Assembly: GCF_032062105.1 (NCBI RefSeq)
Contig: NW_026932503.1
Coordinates: 372,001 to 436,000 of the forward strand
Source: Saccostrea cucullata
Taxonomy: Eukaryota
Length of the DNA stretch: 64,000 nt
Direction of reading: 5' to 3'
Part shown: positions 10,810 through 24,600 of the stretch, in pieces
Numbering within the stretch: the stretch's first letter is position 1
Layout: each line of letters opens with the position of its first letter
Translations under genes and position numbers: made by a program
The notes under the pieces: model-generated
The model's input: the letters and a program-made list of their open reading frames with translations, nothing else
Told to the model about the DNA's origin: nothing
Databases searched by the model: none

Positions 10810-13349
10810 GGAGGTTGACAAAACACGGATAAGTCACGGAATACGGATGCACGGAATACGGAAATAAGTTTACAAAATACGGAGAAATCACGGATAAAGT
10901 TTTATGTACGGAATACGGAAAATTTATATTACGGATAATATTTTTTTTTTATTATTCCGTAGTTATTATTATCATTTAACTTTTATAGTTTACGGAAATC
11001 CGTATAGCTTTACTGTATACGTAACAATGGTATCCACGGTGACGTCACAAATAGAACTAGGATTTGGCGCGAGATGGATGACGATAAAGCTACAGAAGTT
11101 CAACCTATAATTTCGAATAGGCACTCTAGCCTTAGTGTTAGAGATGTTGAACATTTAATGTTATATAAAGAACATAATTCACAAATGCCATTTCGCCCAA
11201 AAGGTGGCGAAGTTTATGTTTTTCATCCAACAAATGAAATGGAGAATAGAGATTGGGTTGCAGATGGACATAGGTATATTTCAAAGATTTATAATTAATA
11301 AATATATAGCTGTAAAAAACGGTTCTTATACTTTTTTAATCTATCGATTTTCTCTTCTTTCTATCTCTTATCTTTCTTTCCTTTCTTATGCGTAGCTTTT
11401 CATGTGAAGGAACCCGGAAAGTGAAAGGGAACTCCGGAGAATTAAAAAAGTATTAGCCTATTACTATTTGCATATTGCTACGGAGGGGAGAAAAAGAATT
11501 ACAGACAAAAGGTTTAGGAAAGAAGTGTATGTTCCTTTATCATCGAACTTTAAAAATATTTTATATGTAGCCTATGTAGAAAAATTTGTTAAAATGCATC
11601 CCGAAAATGGTGTAACATCTAACCAAAGTGAGGGTTTTAACTGGTTAATGAAAGATCTCAACAACTGGAAGGAAGGGCCAATAGATGCTGTTGTATTATC
11701 CTTCCGATTCTTACAACAATATTATCTTGGTGAAGTGAGACGAGGCAAAGCTGGTGTAGGGAATTTTACTCTAAAATCAGAATACCAACATTTACAGATT
11801 TCTCTTGATGAATATAAACAAAACTCGGATTCTGTCCGTAACTACAAGTCTATTGTAGAATCAATTAAAAACTCAGAGTTCTGCTTCACGGATGAACGAG
11901 AGGAATCTACGGAATCCTCAAACCTGACAAAAATTGCAAAGTCAAAAGAAATTATATCAGGTGACATAATTTCGTTTGTTCCTAAAATGGGATGTTTTGT
12001 TGTAATGGGGTTTACGGGACAATTATATACGGTTCAGGTCTTTCCCAAAGAAAAATGTTCCTGCCTTATTCCCAACAACTGCTGTCATATTATGTCGGTC
12101 AAATTATCACTAAGAATGGATGTTGACACGTCAGTGTCTACAAAATCCGTAAACCTGACAGTATTACGGAAAAATGCCCGTGGTAAAAAGAAGCCAGGTA
12201 GGAAGCAGCCAAGGCCTGGGGATGTTGAATGTGAATATCCTGAAGATAGTGCTGGCAAAAAAGCAAAATTTGAAGCAGACGACCATTCCGTGACAGAGGA
12301 AACAGCTGATGCCCGTAATGTCCGTGCAGAGGAAACAGCTGATGTCCGTGATGTCCGTGCAAGTGTTGAATCCGTGGGTGTAACAATCACGGATGAATCA
12401 CTTGGGCGGATTAATGGTACCGTAGATAACGGATGGCTCGACGATACCTTGATCGATGCAGCTCAAACAATTCCCCTTCATTGCCGGCTTTCAGCCTTGT
12501 GTCTATGCTGAAAAGCCGTGCTTTCGCCCAGTTGTTGACAATTTTATTCAAATTGTTAATACACACCCTAAAACTCATTGGATTATGTTTACAACTATGA
12601 ATGTGAAATTTGCATCCTCGTGCGTTAAACTTTATGATAGCGCAATGTCAAACTCAATTTCATCAGCCGTTCAAATGAGCATTGCTAATATAATGCATTC
12701 TCCAGAGGAAAACATTACAGTTCACTTTATGAATTCTGATGTCCAGGTAAATGGCAACGACTGTGGTCTCTATGCCATTGCAAACGCGGTAGAGATATGT
12801 TTCTGTGGACTTCCAGAAAATACTCATTTCCACACTGAAGCAATGAGGCCCCATTTGATGAAATGTATCACTGACGGAATTTTCCGTAAATTTCCGTCAT
12901 CTCCGTGTAAACGCCAGCAGTCAATAGAGTTTACATTTGAGATGAAGTTGTTTTGCACGTGCAGAATGCCTGAACATGGATTCATGTTTAATTGCACTAA
13001 GTGTCGTCAGTGGTTTCATCCACGATGTCAAAATACAACGCTTAGTGAAAAACAAATTAGAAAGTCTAAAACCATCAAATGTATGGATTGTAAGAGTTCA
13101 TGTTTATTATATAAATCTTCGTTATTAAATATTGTAACATTTTCTCCCTATAAATAAATTCCGTGAATATTACTTCACTTGTTTTATTTTTATTTATAGA
13201 TCTCACGGATTATTCATGTTGATTTTTTAACGTACGGAGATGCACGGACGGAATTATCATCCGTGCAAAAAACAATCCGTGATTTGTACTATTTTCTATA
13301 TTTCCGTGAATCCGTGTTTCCGTGACCTGTCCGTGTTTTGTAAACGGCG
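10810..13349 (+). mobile_element. Defective Mutator-like element in the presumed first intron of the RRM gene
   Basis: 9-bp TSD TTCTGTTTA at 10801-10809 and 13350-13358. Imperfect TIRs (gtt.acaaaacacgga / tccgtgttttgtaaac) with many (C/T)ACGGA subterminal motifs. Confidence 0.9.
11074..13157 (+). pseudogene. Decayed MULE transposase-SWIM-Ulp1-PHD gene with the DDE core deleted
   Basis: RPKGGEVY...DW (cf. RPKAGEIY...DW in the 1014-aa protein), probable intron 11274-11395, GVTSNQSEGFN, SWIM CSC...CCH, HW..D..NGNDCG, PHD FCTC...MFNCTKCRQWFHPRC. Stop/frameshift at ~11455, frameshift at ~12470, and ~300 codons holding the first two catalytic Asp are missing near 11575. Confidence 0.85.
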
Positions 13350-13419
13350 TTCTGTTTATTTATAGAGTACTATGGCTGTCAATCATTTCTTTTAAGCAGA
13401 AAATTTTAGAGTGTGAAAA

Positions 13420-16237
13420 ATGATGCCAAGAATGATGCGTCCAAGACCACCAGCTCCTAGACACGGTGGGCCCGGTCCAATAGGCCCTGGACACAGAGCT
13501 CCAAGGGGAATGGCTCCACAAATGAGTACACAAAGTTATAGTTCTGGGCCAGCTGCCAATGTAGGAAGTGTGACAAATGACCCCAATACAGCCAGGTCCA
13601 GAGTTTTTGTAGGAAATTTGAACACTATTGCTCTTTCAAAGGAAGATGTGGAAGGAATCTTCAGTCGTTATGGGATTGTCACAGGACTTTCCATGCATAA
13701 GGGTTATGCCTTTGTTCAATACAGCAATCAGCTGGATGCTCGGCGAGCCTGTGGTGCTGAGGATGGAATGACTTATGCAGGACAAGCTCTAGGTGTGTAC
13801 TTGTTATCAATCATGTAAATGTTTTGTTATCTTGTTTAAAGTTCAGTTGAACTTCAGTATCTTGAAAATTGATGTCTAAAATACCACAAATATGACAAAG
13901 TGAGTTGGATGTCCCAATCACTTTTCCTTATTTAATTTAACCTTGATACATCCAATACTTCTTAGTGTCATAGAGTTGAAGTTTGTCTATACTTGTATCC
14001 ATTGATAAACTTTAAGAGTTTGAAATTTCTGATTAGTTATTCTCTTAAGTGAACTTTTATAGATATCAATATTGCCTCTGAGCCAAAGCACAGACCAAAT
14101 CAAAAGACAACACCCACTTCACAGACTTCCAGGTATAATACTGTTGTTTACATAAATGTCATTGAAGTTTTTGTAAACTAAGATGGTACAGTGTATCAAT
14201 ATAGAGTAAAACCTATCTAATTCTGACATGCACTTGGACACAAATTTCATATAGGAATAGGCAAGATGTCACGTTATAAAGAGGGGGCCTGTAAAAAGAA
14301 TTGAAAATATAATATTGCAGATGAATTTACAGTAAAACAGATTGCTCCAGTGTCAGTTTTCACTGTATTTAACCTGTAAATTGCATTTTTTAAATAGAGA
14401 AAACATTGAGACATATGATTTTATTAAAATTTGATAAAAGAATTTTGGTATGGCTTATTTCATATTCAGTAGTACTCAGTTGGAATCCTCCGTAAGTATG
14501 TTCATTGAAATAAAATGGGACCAAAGATACTTATTTGTAATCAAAAGTGAATTGTTATTTCAAAAACAAATTTTATTTGTCTAGTGGTGCGTCACGTCTC
14601 CTCAGCACACAGAGTGGTCCTCCAGCCAAGAAGATGAGGACAGACTCAGGAACGGGGGGCATCAAGAGGACACTGGTGAATCTTACCTCTGGAAACAGTT
14701 CTACCGCTCCAGCCAGCAAAACTATTACTCAGCTTGCACAGGGTAAACTTTGTGTTGCTTTCATTTGCCATCTCATGTTAGAAAGAGAGAAGTCATGCTT
14801 GAGAAAATTTATCTCTTATTTTTTGTTAAATTAATAAATTTGCATTTACCAGTGTAAATATTTTAAGATATTAATTTTGAAAGTTACAGACAAATCTCTA
14901 CATTTATGGACATTTATTTTGCAGCTGCCAAAGATGTATTGATTTGTGGTGTGTGTAAGACGTCATTCAGCAGTCTCCATAGTCTAGCCCAACACAAGAA
15001 GACGCCGTGTCGACTTAAGATCTCCTGTCAGTGTCAGAGTACCCCTCCTCCAGGTGGGTTATCCAATCAGATTCACTGTCCTTTATGATATAATTATCAA
15101 AATCATTCCCTCAACTGAAACTCCAAATAATGGGAAGATTTATAATTTTACAATGTCAGTGCTTTCCCTTAAATTTAAAGTAAAGGGTAAATAGAGATCA
15201 ATAGTAACAGGCGAGAGGGTTGATGTTTAGAAAAAAAATCACTAAGGGCCTAACAACAATTACTTTAAAAAAAATTTTTAATGTGGCAAATTTATCAAGT
15301 AAAGTCAATTTGGTTGGTAGCTGGTTCTTTGGGAAAACACTGCAATGTGTAAGAACAATTGATATTTGCTTGCTTAATTAGGATTTTTTTTCTTTGATTC
15401 AGAGTCCCCTGAGCCTTCCCAGCTGGTGTGTGCAACGTGTAATGCTGAGTTTGCAGCGGCATGGGAACTCTGTCAACATGCACAACAAGAACATAACCTC
15501 AGCATATACAAAGTGGTAAAAAAAAATTTGAATTTGCTCTGGAAGGGTTTTCACAAGGGCTTTGTTTTGTTTTGTTTTGAACATATTTATTGACAAAAGG
15601 ATTGGACACAAGTTCCAAAAACATAAGGCTTTGTCAAGTTGAATACTGGACTCCATCATTTTCTGACAAGCACTTTCATTTTGTATTTATCATGCAGATC
15701 CAGTGCTGCAAATATGACAGCCCGAAATAAAATTGACATCATGCTATCAATTTTTTTTTCAAATCTCAAAATTAATTTTTCCTATTGAAGAGATTCTACT
15801 CTACTGACAAATATGTTATAAAATATGCTTATTTTTCAGGAGGAAGAAACAGTTGAGGTTACTGTTAAAGAGGTAAACCTTGAAAGTGCAACTTTTGTTT
15901 AAGATGCTGTAGATTTACATTTTGCATAATATTTCATTTGTACATGTATGTAACCATAACAGTGAAACAATTAACAAAGAAGTGAATTAATCAGTGTGGT
16001 AGGATTTTATAAATATTTAGTAGATTAGTTTTATAAACTTCCTGTTGTAAGAATTCAATTTTAGGTCCACCACCCCAAATTAAAAAACTAAATGATAACG
16101 ACCCCCCGTCCCCTCTTGCAATAAATTAATAAATACATTTACCTAATAACAGATGTTGAGACAAATGTTGCTTCATTTGACAGGAGGTTGTACTGGTGGA
16201 TGGTGAGAGTAATGAAGTGAGTGAGAATGGTCAGTAA
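13420..16237 (+). CDS. hnRNP C/RALY-family RRM protein with two BCL11-like zinc fingers and acidic tail, 309 aa; exons 13420-13792, 14063-14132, 14585-14742, 14925-15053, 15403-15515, 15840-15872, 16184-16237
   Basis: All introns are GT-AG and phase-consistent (930 nt). RRM SRVFVGNLNT...HKGYAFVQY...AGQALDINIASEPK is hnRNP C-type. PPAKKMR is NLS-like. DVLICGVCKTSF...HKKTPC (CCHC) and EPSQLVCATCNAEFAAAWELCQHAQQEHNLSIY (C2H2). Candidate polyA signal at ~18349. Confidence 0.88.
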
Positions 16238-18695
16238 ATATCAGGAAGCTACAACAGAGGAGTGGATCCAAAGGACAGTATGGGGCATGTGACAACACAC
16301 ACTTTTCATTTAACCCTCACTTTGTAACATATTTTCCCATAAATGGACAACTACAATGTATAAACTTTTTTCCTCATTGTATTTTCTTGTCTCTTTGCCT
16401 ATGAACTGTTTTTATCATTCATTTAAATGATCATGTTATCAATGACTCATAATGTGTACAGAACTGGTGTGTAACTTGCTCATGTTTCTTTACATTCATT
16501 GAAATTTTTAGCAAGATGGAATTGTTTTGCGTATTGTGTCTTTTTTGTGAATAAGCATGTTCATGATCTGGTTTTTACTGTGGAATCATTCTTGTTAAGT
16601 TCATCATTTTTTGTCAGAGTTGTAACTCGAAATTGCTTATAAAAGGCTTACTGTTAGATTATTTGTTATTCGAAAAATAAGGTGTTCATATCATGAAGTG
16701 TGGTAATGATCTTCATAAATTGATGTTTTGCAATTTGAAAATATTCATGTTCCCTCGATTACCTTAGTTAATTGGAGTATCAATTCATTGTAGATCTTCC
16801 TGTATACTTAAAATTTGAAGATAAAAAATAACCCAGCCTCCAGTAGTAGAACTGATAATACTTTTTGTTAGATTTGTTTCCTTTTTTTCGAAGAAACTTC
16901 ATATTGCAGGAGTATTATGATTTTTATTGAAAGAATAATTAAAAGTATTTTTAATTTTTACGAATTTCATTTTCAGACATGTTTTTCAGTATTGTTTCGT
17001 ATAAATTGAACTGGATTGTACTTGTAATTTTTTTGTCAATAAATTTTGGGCTGGTATTTTTTCTTTTTTTGCATTTTTTTCCCCCGATATATGTTAAAAG
17101 AAATGTTAAGAATATTTTTTTCTTTCCTTTTTTTTTTTTTTCGATAGAGAAATATACTATTTAAAAACATTTTTTTTTGAGGGGGGGAGGGGTGGAAATG
17201 AGGAATCTAAGGCCCAAATATGGGTTTTTAAATGTGACCATTTAAGCTTTGGTTCTTTTACAAAGGACTATAAACTTTGATTAGCAAGACTCCATTTTTC
17301 TTGTGCTAAAAAATTAAGTTATTGAAATTCATGTTGAAATATTGTAGTTTCAATGTCCAGCAAAGTTTTCTTGTTTTACTTGAGAAGAAAAGGTCCAAAA
17401 ATATATAAAATCATGGATACTTATTTTAAATTTTGAACGATTTAAAGATGAATAATTTCTAAAACCAGTGGCGTTGAAGTACTTACTTTATAATCATATC
17501 TTTCTGAGAAGAAAAAAAGATCTTGTATCTTTTTTTAAGTGCATGGATATACTAAATTGAAATACTTCTTCATTTCAAATGGTATCCATATCTTGAAAGA
17601 AAATAAATGATCTCAAATTTTTGCCATATTGACATCCAGTTTTTGTGCAGATATTGTCATGAAGGAAGTCAATTCAGTATTTTTGGGGGAACCCATTGTC
17701 GTGATTCGTTTGAAAGGTAATGTATGATCTTAGAATATACATTGGTTGTTTTGAAAGAGGTCTGTGAAAATAAATATATATATATGTACTTTTAAAAAAA
17801 AAGCATCGGGCAGGGAACTATTTAAAGTTTTTTTTTAAGGGTTGTTAACTATATCCATGTAAAATATGAAAGAAGTGGTTGCAAAAAGCCTTTTCATCCG
17901 AATTTTTAAGTATTACTTGCCATCAATAAAATCATTAGTGTTCATTATTTATACTGATGTGGCAACATTTTCTGTGAAATTGCCTCGAATATTGGCGATT
18001 TTGACATGGAGAGGGAAGACAAAATCAGTTTTACCATGGAATAAATCAATTGGAGAAAAAAAAATGCATAAAGACTTGTATGAAGTAAAGGCTACAGAAT
18101 TTTTAATTTTATACTTTTTTGAACTTCATTGATATTTTGTGATAATTTTAGAAATCCATATAGATCTTTGTTTCAAGGTATAAAGAATTGTCCAAATTTT
18201 TCTCAAATTTTGTTGACAATGTTGTTTTAAGGCAGCTCACTGAGGGAAGAAAATCAGTATTAACTGACAGCAAAAGACTTGCCAAAAGTTCATAATATTT
18301 TGGTTAAATGGTGCAATAATAGCATTCCAGTGTGTTTAAAACGATGTGAATAAATAATATTAAAAACAGCATTGTCTCTAGTTTTCATCTCCGTGGCTAC
18401 ACCTCTGTTGAAACAAAGAGGAATGGGTTCATTGGATACATGAAAATGAGTTATCTTCTGTATCTGTATTGTTATGTCAATCCCTTAGGGCTTTAAGTAT
18501 CCAGTTGTATTTTTATTGGCAAGCTAAAGAAGAGGACGTCTTCTGACGGAGTTAAAACTGCGAGGTTGATGAGGAACATATAGAAAATCATTTGGCCCAT
18601 TTCAGATGTTGAGGAAAATTAGTCGGGATCGGTATTCCGTTTATTCCAACACAAAACTTCAACGTGAGACTCGTCCACCGGTAAAAGACTGAAAA

Positions 18696-21600
18696 ATGAC
18701 TGCATTCGAAGGTAATTGTGTTTTATTTTCAGTGCACATGTCTGTTATTTTTTTCTCAGCCAAAGCATTAGTACGTTCTATAGAAAAAATGGTGTTTTTC
18801 GGCAATGTTGCATATAAATTGCGTAATAGAAAATGATGCCTATTCAGCAATGTCCAACATCAGCAACGCAGATATTTTGTTTTGTATGATACACATTGAA
18901 CATTACACACAATAAACAGTTGAATTATATGTAGCAAATAATTAAATATTACAAGCGTTCTCCAAGTTTATATTGAATGCTCTAGTCTAGGATTATCTAT
19001 TTAGTAGGGCCAGGAATATGCCCCTGTGTCAGTCTGTGTATATATACATTTAGAATATACAAATTAGAATACATTTGACTTGATTTGATATTTTAGAAAT
19101 GGGTGTCATGCCAGAACTTGGACAGGCAGTGGAAGAAATGGATTGGAGGTATTTTTAAAAAAAATTTTTGAAACATTTATGAAACTAGTCTGAAATATCT
19201 GAGGTTTACCTGGCATTTTTTATATTTTTGATATTTTATGTGCCAGGAAAACGTCGGAAACGGGGCCATTATGAAAACTGGAAATTTCGTCGTCTTCAAC
19301 TTGAATTGATTTTGGTCACTTGCGAACCGAATTAATTGCCAAACTCGCAATTTATCAATAGCACAATGCATCTATTACTCACCAATATTATGTTATTAAT
19401 TATTTATATAAATTATTATTATAATTCATATAATTTTGTAAATGAACCATAGAAAGGGATGTTGATGAGTACCAAAAGTTTTGTACTATTGATAAATAGT
19501 TAGTTTGTCATTCAATTTGGTTTGCCAGTATCGAAAATCAACCTGAGAATGCTGCCTCAGGTTTGAGGTGGAGAATTCCTAGTTTTTGTAATGGCGCCGG
19601 TTATGATGTTTTCCTGGCACGTAAAATATCAAAATGGTGAAAAAAAGCCTGGAAAACGTCAGATATTTTGAACTTATTATGAAACATGACTGTTAATTTC
19701 TTGTTATTAGATGCTTTTTGTTTTAATATATGCATGGTCATTTGTTACTAATTCTGCATTACCCTATCTTTACGGTTTACCTCAAGAAAAATTGGATGAA
19801 ATATATTGATGTTATTTTGGTGTTGTTGCATTTATACAAGCTATATACATAATATTTGACTATCATGATTCTTGGTGTCATTTTGTACAATACCATAAGC
19901 ATAAGTCATTTTGATTTAATGAAGATCATATTCATTATGACTATGTGTTTCAACTGACAAGCTATGTCAGAGAAAACGTAATATTTGTCACTAAACAATT
20001 TTTCAAAATGCTGACCTTCAATATAACTTGGACTACACAAAGTAAATTCTTGTATCATTTTGTACGGTGTTGCCTACCTAAAAGCATAGAAATCTTGATT
20101 TCAATATAACTTGGCACAAAGTAACTACATAAGATACATAATTCTATTATCAGTGAAAAGAAAAACGGTGTGGTTTAAAAATTTTCATGAAATTCAACAT
20201 GTTCCACCTACAGTTTTTGGATTTCAATATGGCAAAAAAATACCTAAGATACATAATGGTTCTCCTACAGTTTTGGTCTGATTTCAATATACTTAGCACA
20301 CAAGTAGACTACACTAAAATACATAATTCTGTGTATAAATTTTTGATTTCAATAAGCGGTGTTGCTATTATTTAAAAATAGAAATTTCTATGAAATTCTT
20401 TACTCCATGATAGAACAGTTTTGGTTTGATTTCAATATAAAATGGCACACAAGTAGACTACACTAATTACACTTGATTTAGAGCAGGTATATTTTAATTG
20501 TATTTTTTGCATGATACAAAATTCTGTATATCAAATTTTGATGCTGTGGTTCTGTAGAAATCATGGGTGAACTCCTTTTACAGTTTTGGTCTGATTTCAA
20601 TATAACTTGGCACACAAGTATTACACTAAGATACAAATTTTTAATCAGTTTTTGACTTTGATGAACATTATTGCTTTGGTTACTAAAAAATTTCTGTCTC
20701 AAAACTCCAAATAAATCTACATGTGTGTCAAGTGTTAAAGAAAAATTAATTGTTCTCAAAGTTTCAATATTCCCAACTGCTAAAGAACTTTTCTCTTCCT
20801 TTGCTTTAAGTTTGAGCAAGTTTTCTTTGTTTTGAATTTCATATTGACAATTACAGTCATATAAAAAAATACCATGGTTCTTTACATACACTGTCATTCA
20901 TTTTTCCATGATAGAATATAATGAGGTAGCTGCCCATGAATTCACTTTAGAAGGAAATTGTATTTTTTGCATCAAAATTTGATCTCTGTGATCATGGATG
21001 AAACTGTAGTACATTGTTTTAACTTTGCCTAAAGTGCACTATAGATTAACATGTATGTCAAGTGTTAAAGAACAAATTAAGTCAAAATGGCGAGAGTATA
21101 TTTGCAAATTTTCTTTGTCGTTTCAGTTTGCCCACAGATGTGCAGGCTGAAGCCATTCCAATGATCCTGGGAGGAGGGGATGTTTTAATGGTATATCAGT
21201 ATTACACACACTTCTGTAGAAACTCCCCCCCAAAAATTTTGCACTTTTATGTAAACTGTTAATGGAATTCTTCTACTGACAGCAGACTGATCACAAACAC
21301 AGAGAAAAAGAAACTGGCACATTTTAAACAAATGAGAATAAAGACCTGTTGTAAAATAGGATTATAGCTCATTCACATATTAATTTGTAAACACACAAGG
21401 GAACTCTTACTAATCTTAAGGTTTCTAATAATAATTTTATCCAACAGAATTTATATTTGACAGGCAGCAGAAACTGGAAGTGGAAAAACGGGGGTAAGGA
21501 ATGATATCACTTAATTAAAAACCAAGTTTAAATTTTTCTCTCTTTTCAAGAAGTATATTGACCTTTCGCATTTTGAAACAAAATTTCAATTAGGTAAGAT

Positions 21601-24600
21601 GTAATTATTATTATATTTCAGGCATTTTGTCTGCCAATCATCCAGATTGTGTACGAGACACTTCGAGACCAACAGGAAGGAAAAGGGAGCAAACTCTCCT
21701 CACACCATGCTGGTAATGATCAAAATAAAAAGGATGAATTTGTTTATTTGATTAATTGTTTTCATTTCACTGGTAAATCCCACTCTGTTATGCATAAAGT
21801 AGTGGGCGAAGGGGTAGGGTGGAAATCTTCCCATGTTAATGTATTCATAAGAAAATTTCTTGTTGGAACTTTTCCCTTAAACCCCTTCACCACACAATAA
21901 CATTTCTTGAAACAATTTTTGCTCGTCAAAGATTTTCTGGTAAAATATCAGCTGATATCAAAGTAATATTTTATTACAGATAATGTTAGACTTTGTATTT
22001 TACCATATTTTGGAGATATTTTAGTCTAAAACTGTAGAAGAAGAAAATTTGCAGGGGAAGATGTTTTTTACAGTTATTTAAACTGGGTATAAATTGGATA
22101 TGTTATTTGAATAAAGTTGATATGTACTTTGCATATTTTTAGGTCATTCATCTAGTGCACATTGGAAGATGAATCCATATGACAGGGGTGATGCCATGGG
22201 TAGGAATTCATATTTCATTTAATATTAAATTCATATATGGAATCCTAATTTTAAAGAACACAGACCTTGAGATATATCTTAGATTTAATTACTTTGACTA
22301 CAATTTATTTTCTTTATCTCTGATCAAGGAAAACTTTGAGATACAAAAGTTTGAAGTTAAAATACTGAATAAAAAAGGGTTGGGACTTTTCAATCACTTT
22401 GACATACACAGTATTTGAGATATATGGGTTTCTGAGATACTGAAGTATTGCTGTATGTTAAATATATACATTCTTGTTCTTGATAATTTTTACTCCTACA
22501 TTCTACCTCTAATGGTATCCTTGAAGCACAAATATTTGATTTGTGGAAAAAGTCTTGTAAACATTGTTTAAAACTCGATATATAGTTAGGGTTTCCTTAT
22601 GAGCTAGAGTCTGATGTTTGAGAGTTGTTGGTTAATATTTGATATTTTCTTTACCCAGCAATTGACCCAGAGGGACTGTTATGTCAGGCCAGAGATCCCC
22701 AGGGCTGGCACGGCACCAGGAGTAACAAAGCCGTGGTGGGGGGAGGTAAGGTGTTACACAGAAATGTACTACATAGTACTACTAGCAAGTAGAGGGAATT
22801 AAAGTTTCAAACGACAAAGTTTCGTAAAATACAGTTGTTGAAGATTTTTTTTTTCTCTGAAGTAATTCAATCGATTTAAAGGTGTAGTTAAACGATAAAT
22901 AAAAGTTTATGTAGTTAAAAAAAAACATGGATTTAATAAATATTAACTCAAATATTGTGAAAAGGAATTTTGTTTATAGAGGCAAAACTAATCCAGAGCA
23001 ATAACAGTGATGTAGTATTAAAATAAAAGAGAAGGACCTGCATTGTATCATTAAAAGAAAAACGAAAATGTTAAATTGTAGCAATTTCCTTGTAAATTTT
23101 ACAGGGAAGTACTATTATGAGGCCACAGTAACAGATGAGGGTTTATGTCGAGTGGGCTGGTCCACAGATAAGGCTACTCTGGAACTGGGTATAGACAAGT
23201 TTGGATTCGGATTTGGGGGGACTGGAAAGAAGTCCTGGGGCAAGCAGTTTGACAGTTATGGAGAGGTGAGAGGTCAAGCCAAATAATTATGTCAATGGCT
23301 GTGCAAGATTCTAAAGCATTAGTGCCACCATTTGGTATAAAAAAAGAAGAAAAATATACAAATGTTGTTTTATTCAGGCTTATGGAATCAACGACACCAT
23401 TGGTTGTTATCTGGATTTAGACAAATTGGAAATCAAGTGGTCAAAAAATGGTAAGAGTAACACAATGAAAATTTGTGAATTTTTCAGTTAACGCTTCGTA
23501 TAGTATAAAATTTTAGGATTTAATGAAAGTCTCATGATATGAATTAATTTTCCAATTAAATGCCCTGACTTCATAAATATCAAATAAAACGATTCCAAAA
23601 ATATTTTTCAGGAGTGGATTTTGGTAAAGCTTATGACATCCAAGCACATCTTAAAAATGAGAAGTTCTATGCTGCTGTTACTCTAAAGGTATGGAATTTA
23701 TGATGCCAAATAATTTATAATACATAAATGTTTTATTTTTTCCACAAAAAAAAAATTCTATTTCTTTTATAAAAAATTTATAAATATTAGGTCCAATCAC
23801 CCTTGTATAAGAGGGAAAAAACTTCAATTTGGATAAATGACATTTCTGTATAACATTGTCAAATTAATAGGCCAATTCTATTCAAACTTTGCCCTGCTGA
23901 TATGTCGAAATTGTTTACATTTTAATTATAAAATCAGATTTAATTTCTTTTGGGAAATCATTTGCAATTGAAACAAAATGTTAATGTCTTCATCTTCTTT
24001 TTTTTTTTTTTTTTTTCTTCTCATGGTATTATCTTTCATATTCTGATTTTAGATATTTCTTTATGATTATTGTAGAATGCTGAAATGAAGTTCAACTTTG
24101 GAAATACTCCATTCAAATATCCACCCAAGGTAAGAAAAGGCTACTTTTTGAAAGGAACATTGAACTAATGGTAACTACCTGTAACTATTTGTGGTTAATT
24201 TCTTATGGAATTTTGGAAGCATTTAATAATCTAAAGGGGGGGTCAACATTACCGCTACATCGCCAAAAATTTCAACTCATTACCGCTACATTTTTTCAAA
24301 TTTTCAACCGATCATTACCGCTACATTTTTTCAGTTGAAAACAACTCATTACCGCTACACATTGATTCAGCCAGGTATGCAGGTACGAAATATAAATTTC
24401 AATCACAAAGTCAAAGAATTCAGCACATTGTTTAACAGTAACTGTTCTCATTCTAAAATTTTTGGCAATGTTGAAAGAAGTTAAATATATGACAGTGTGA
24501 AATAAAACGTTAGGTTGCTACCATGTAAGCATAAACTGCTTCAAATAATAAAATATAATACTTAGTCCATGCATCTCATTCTACACATTTTGGAGTTGCG

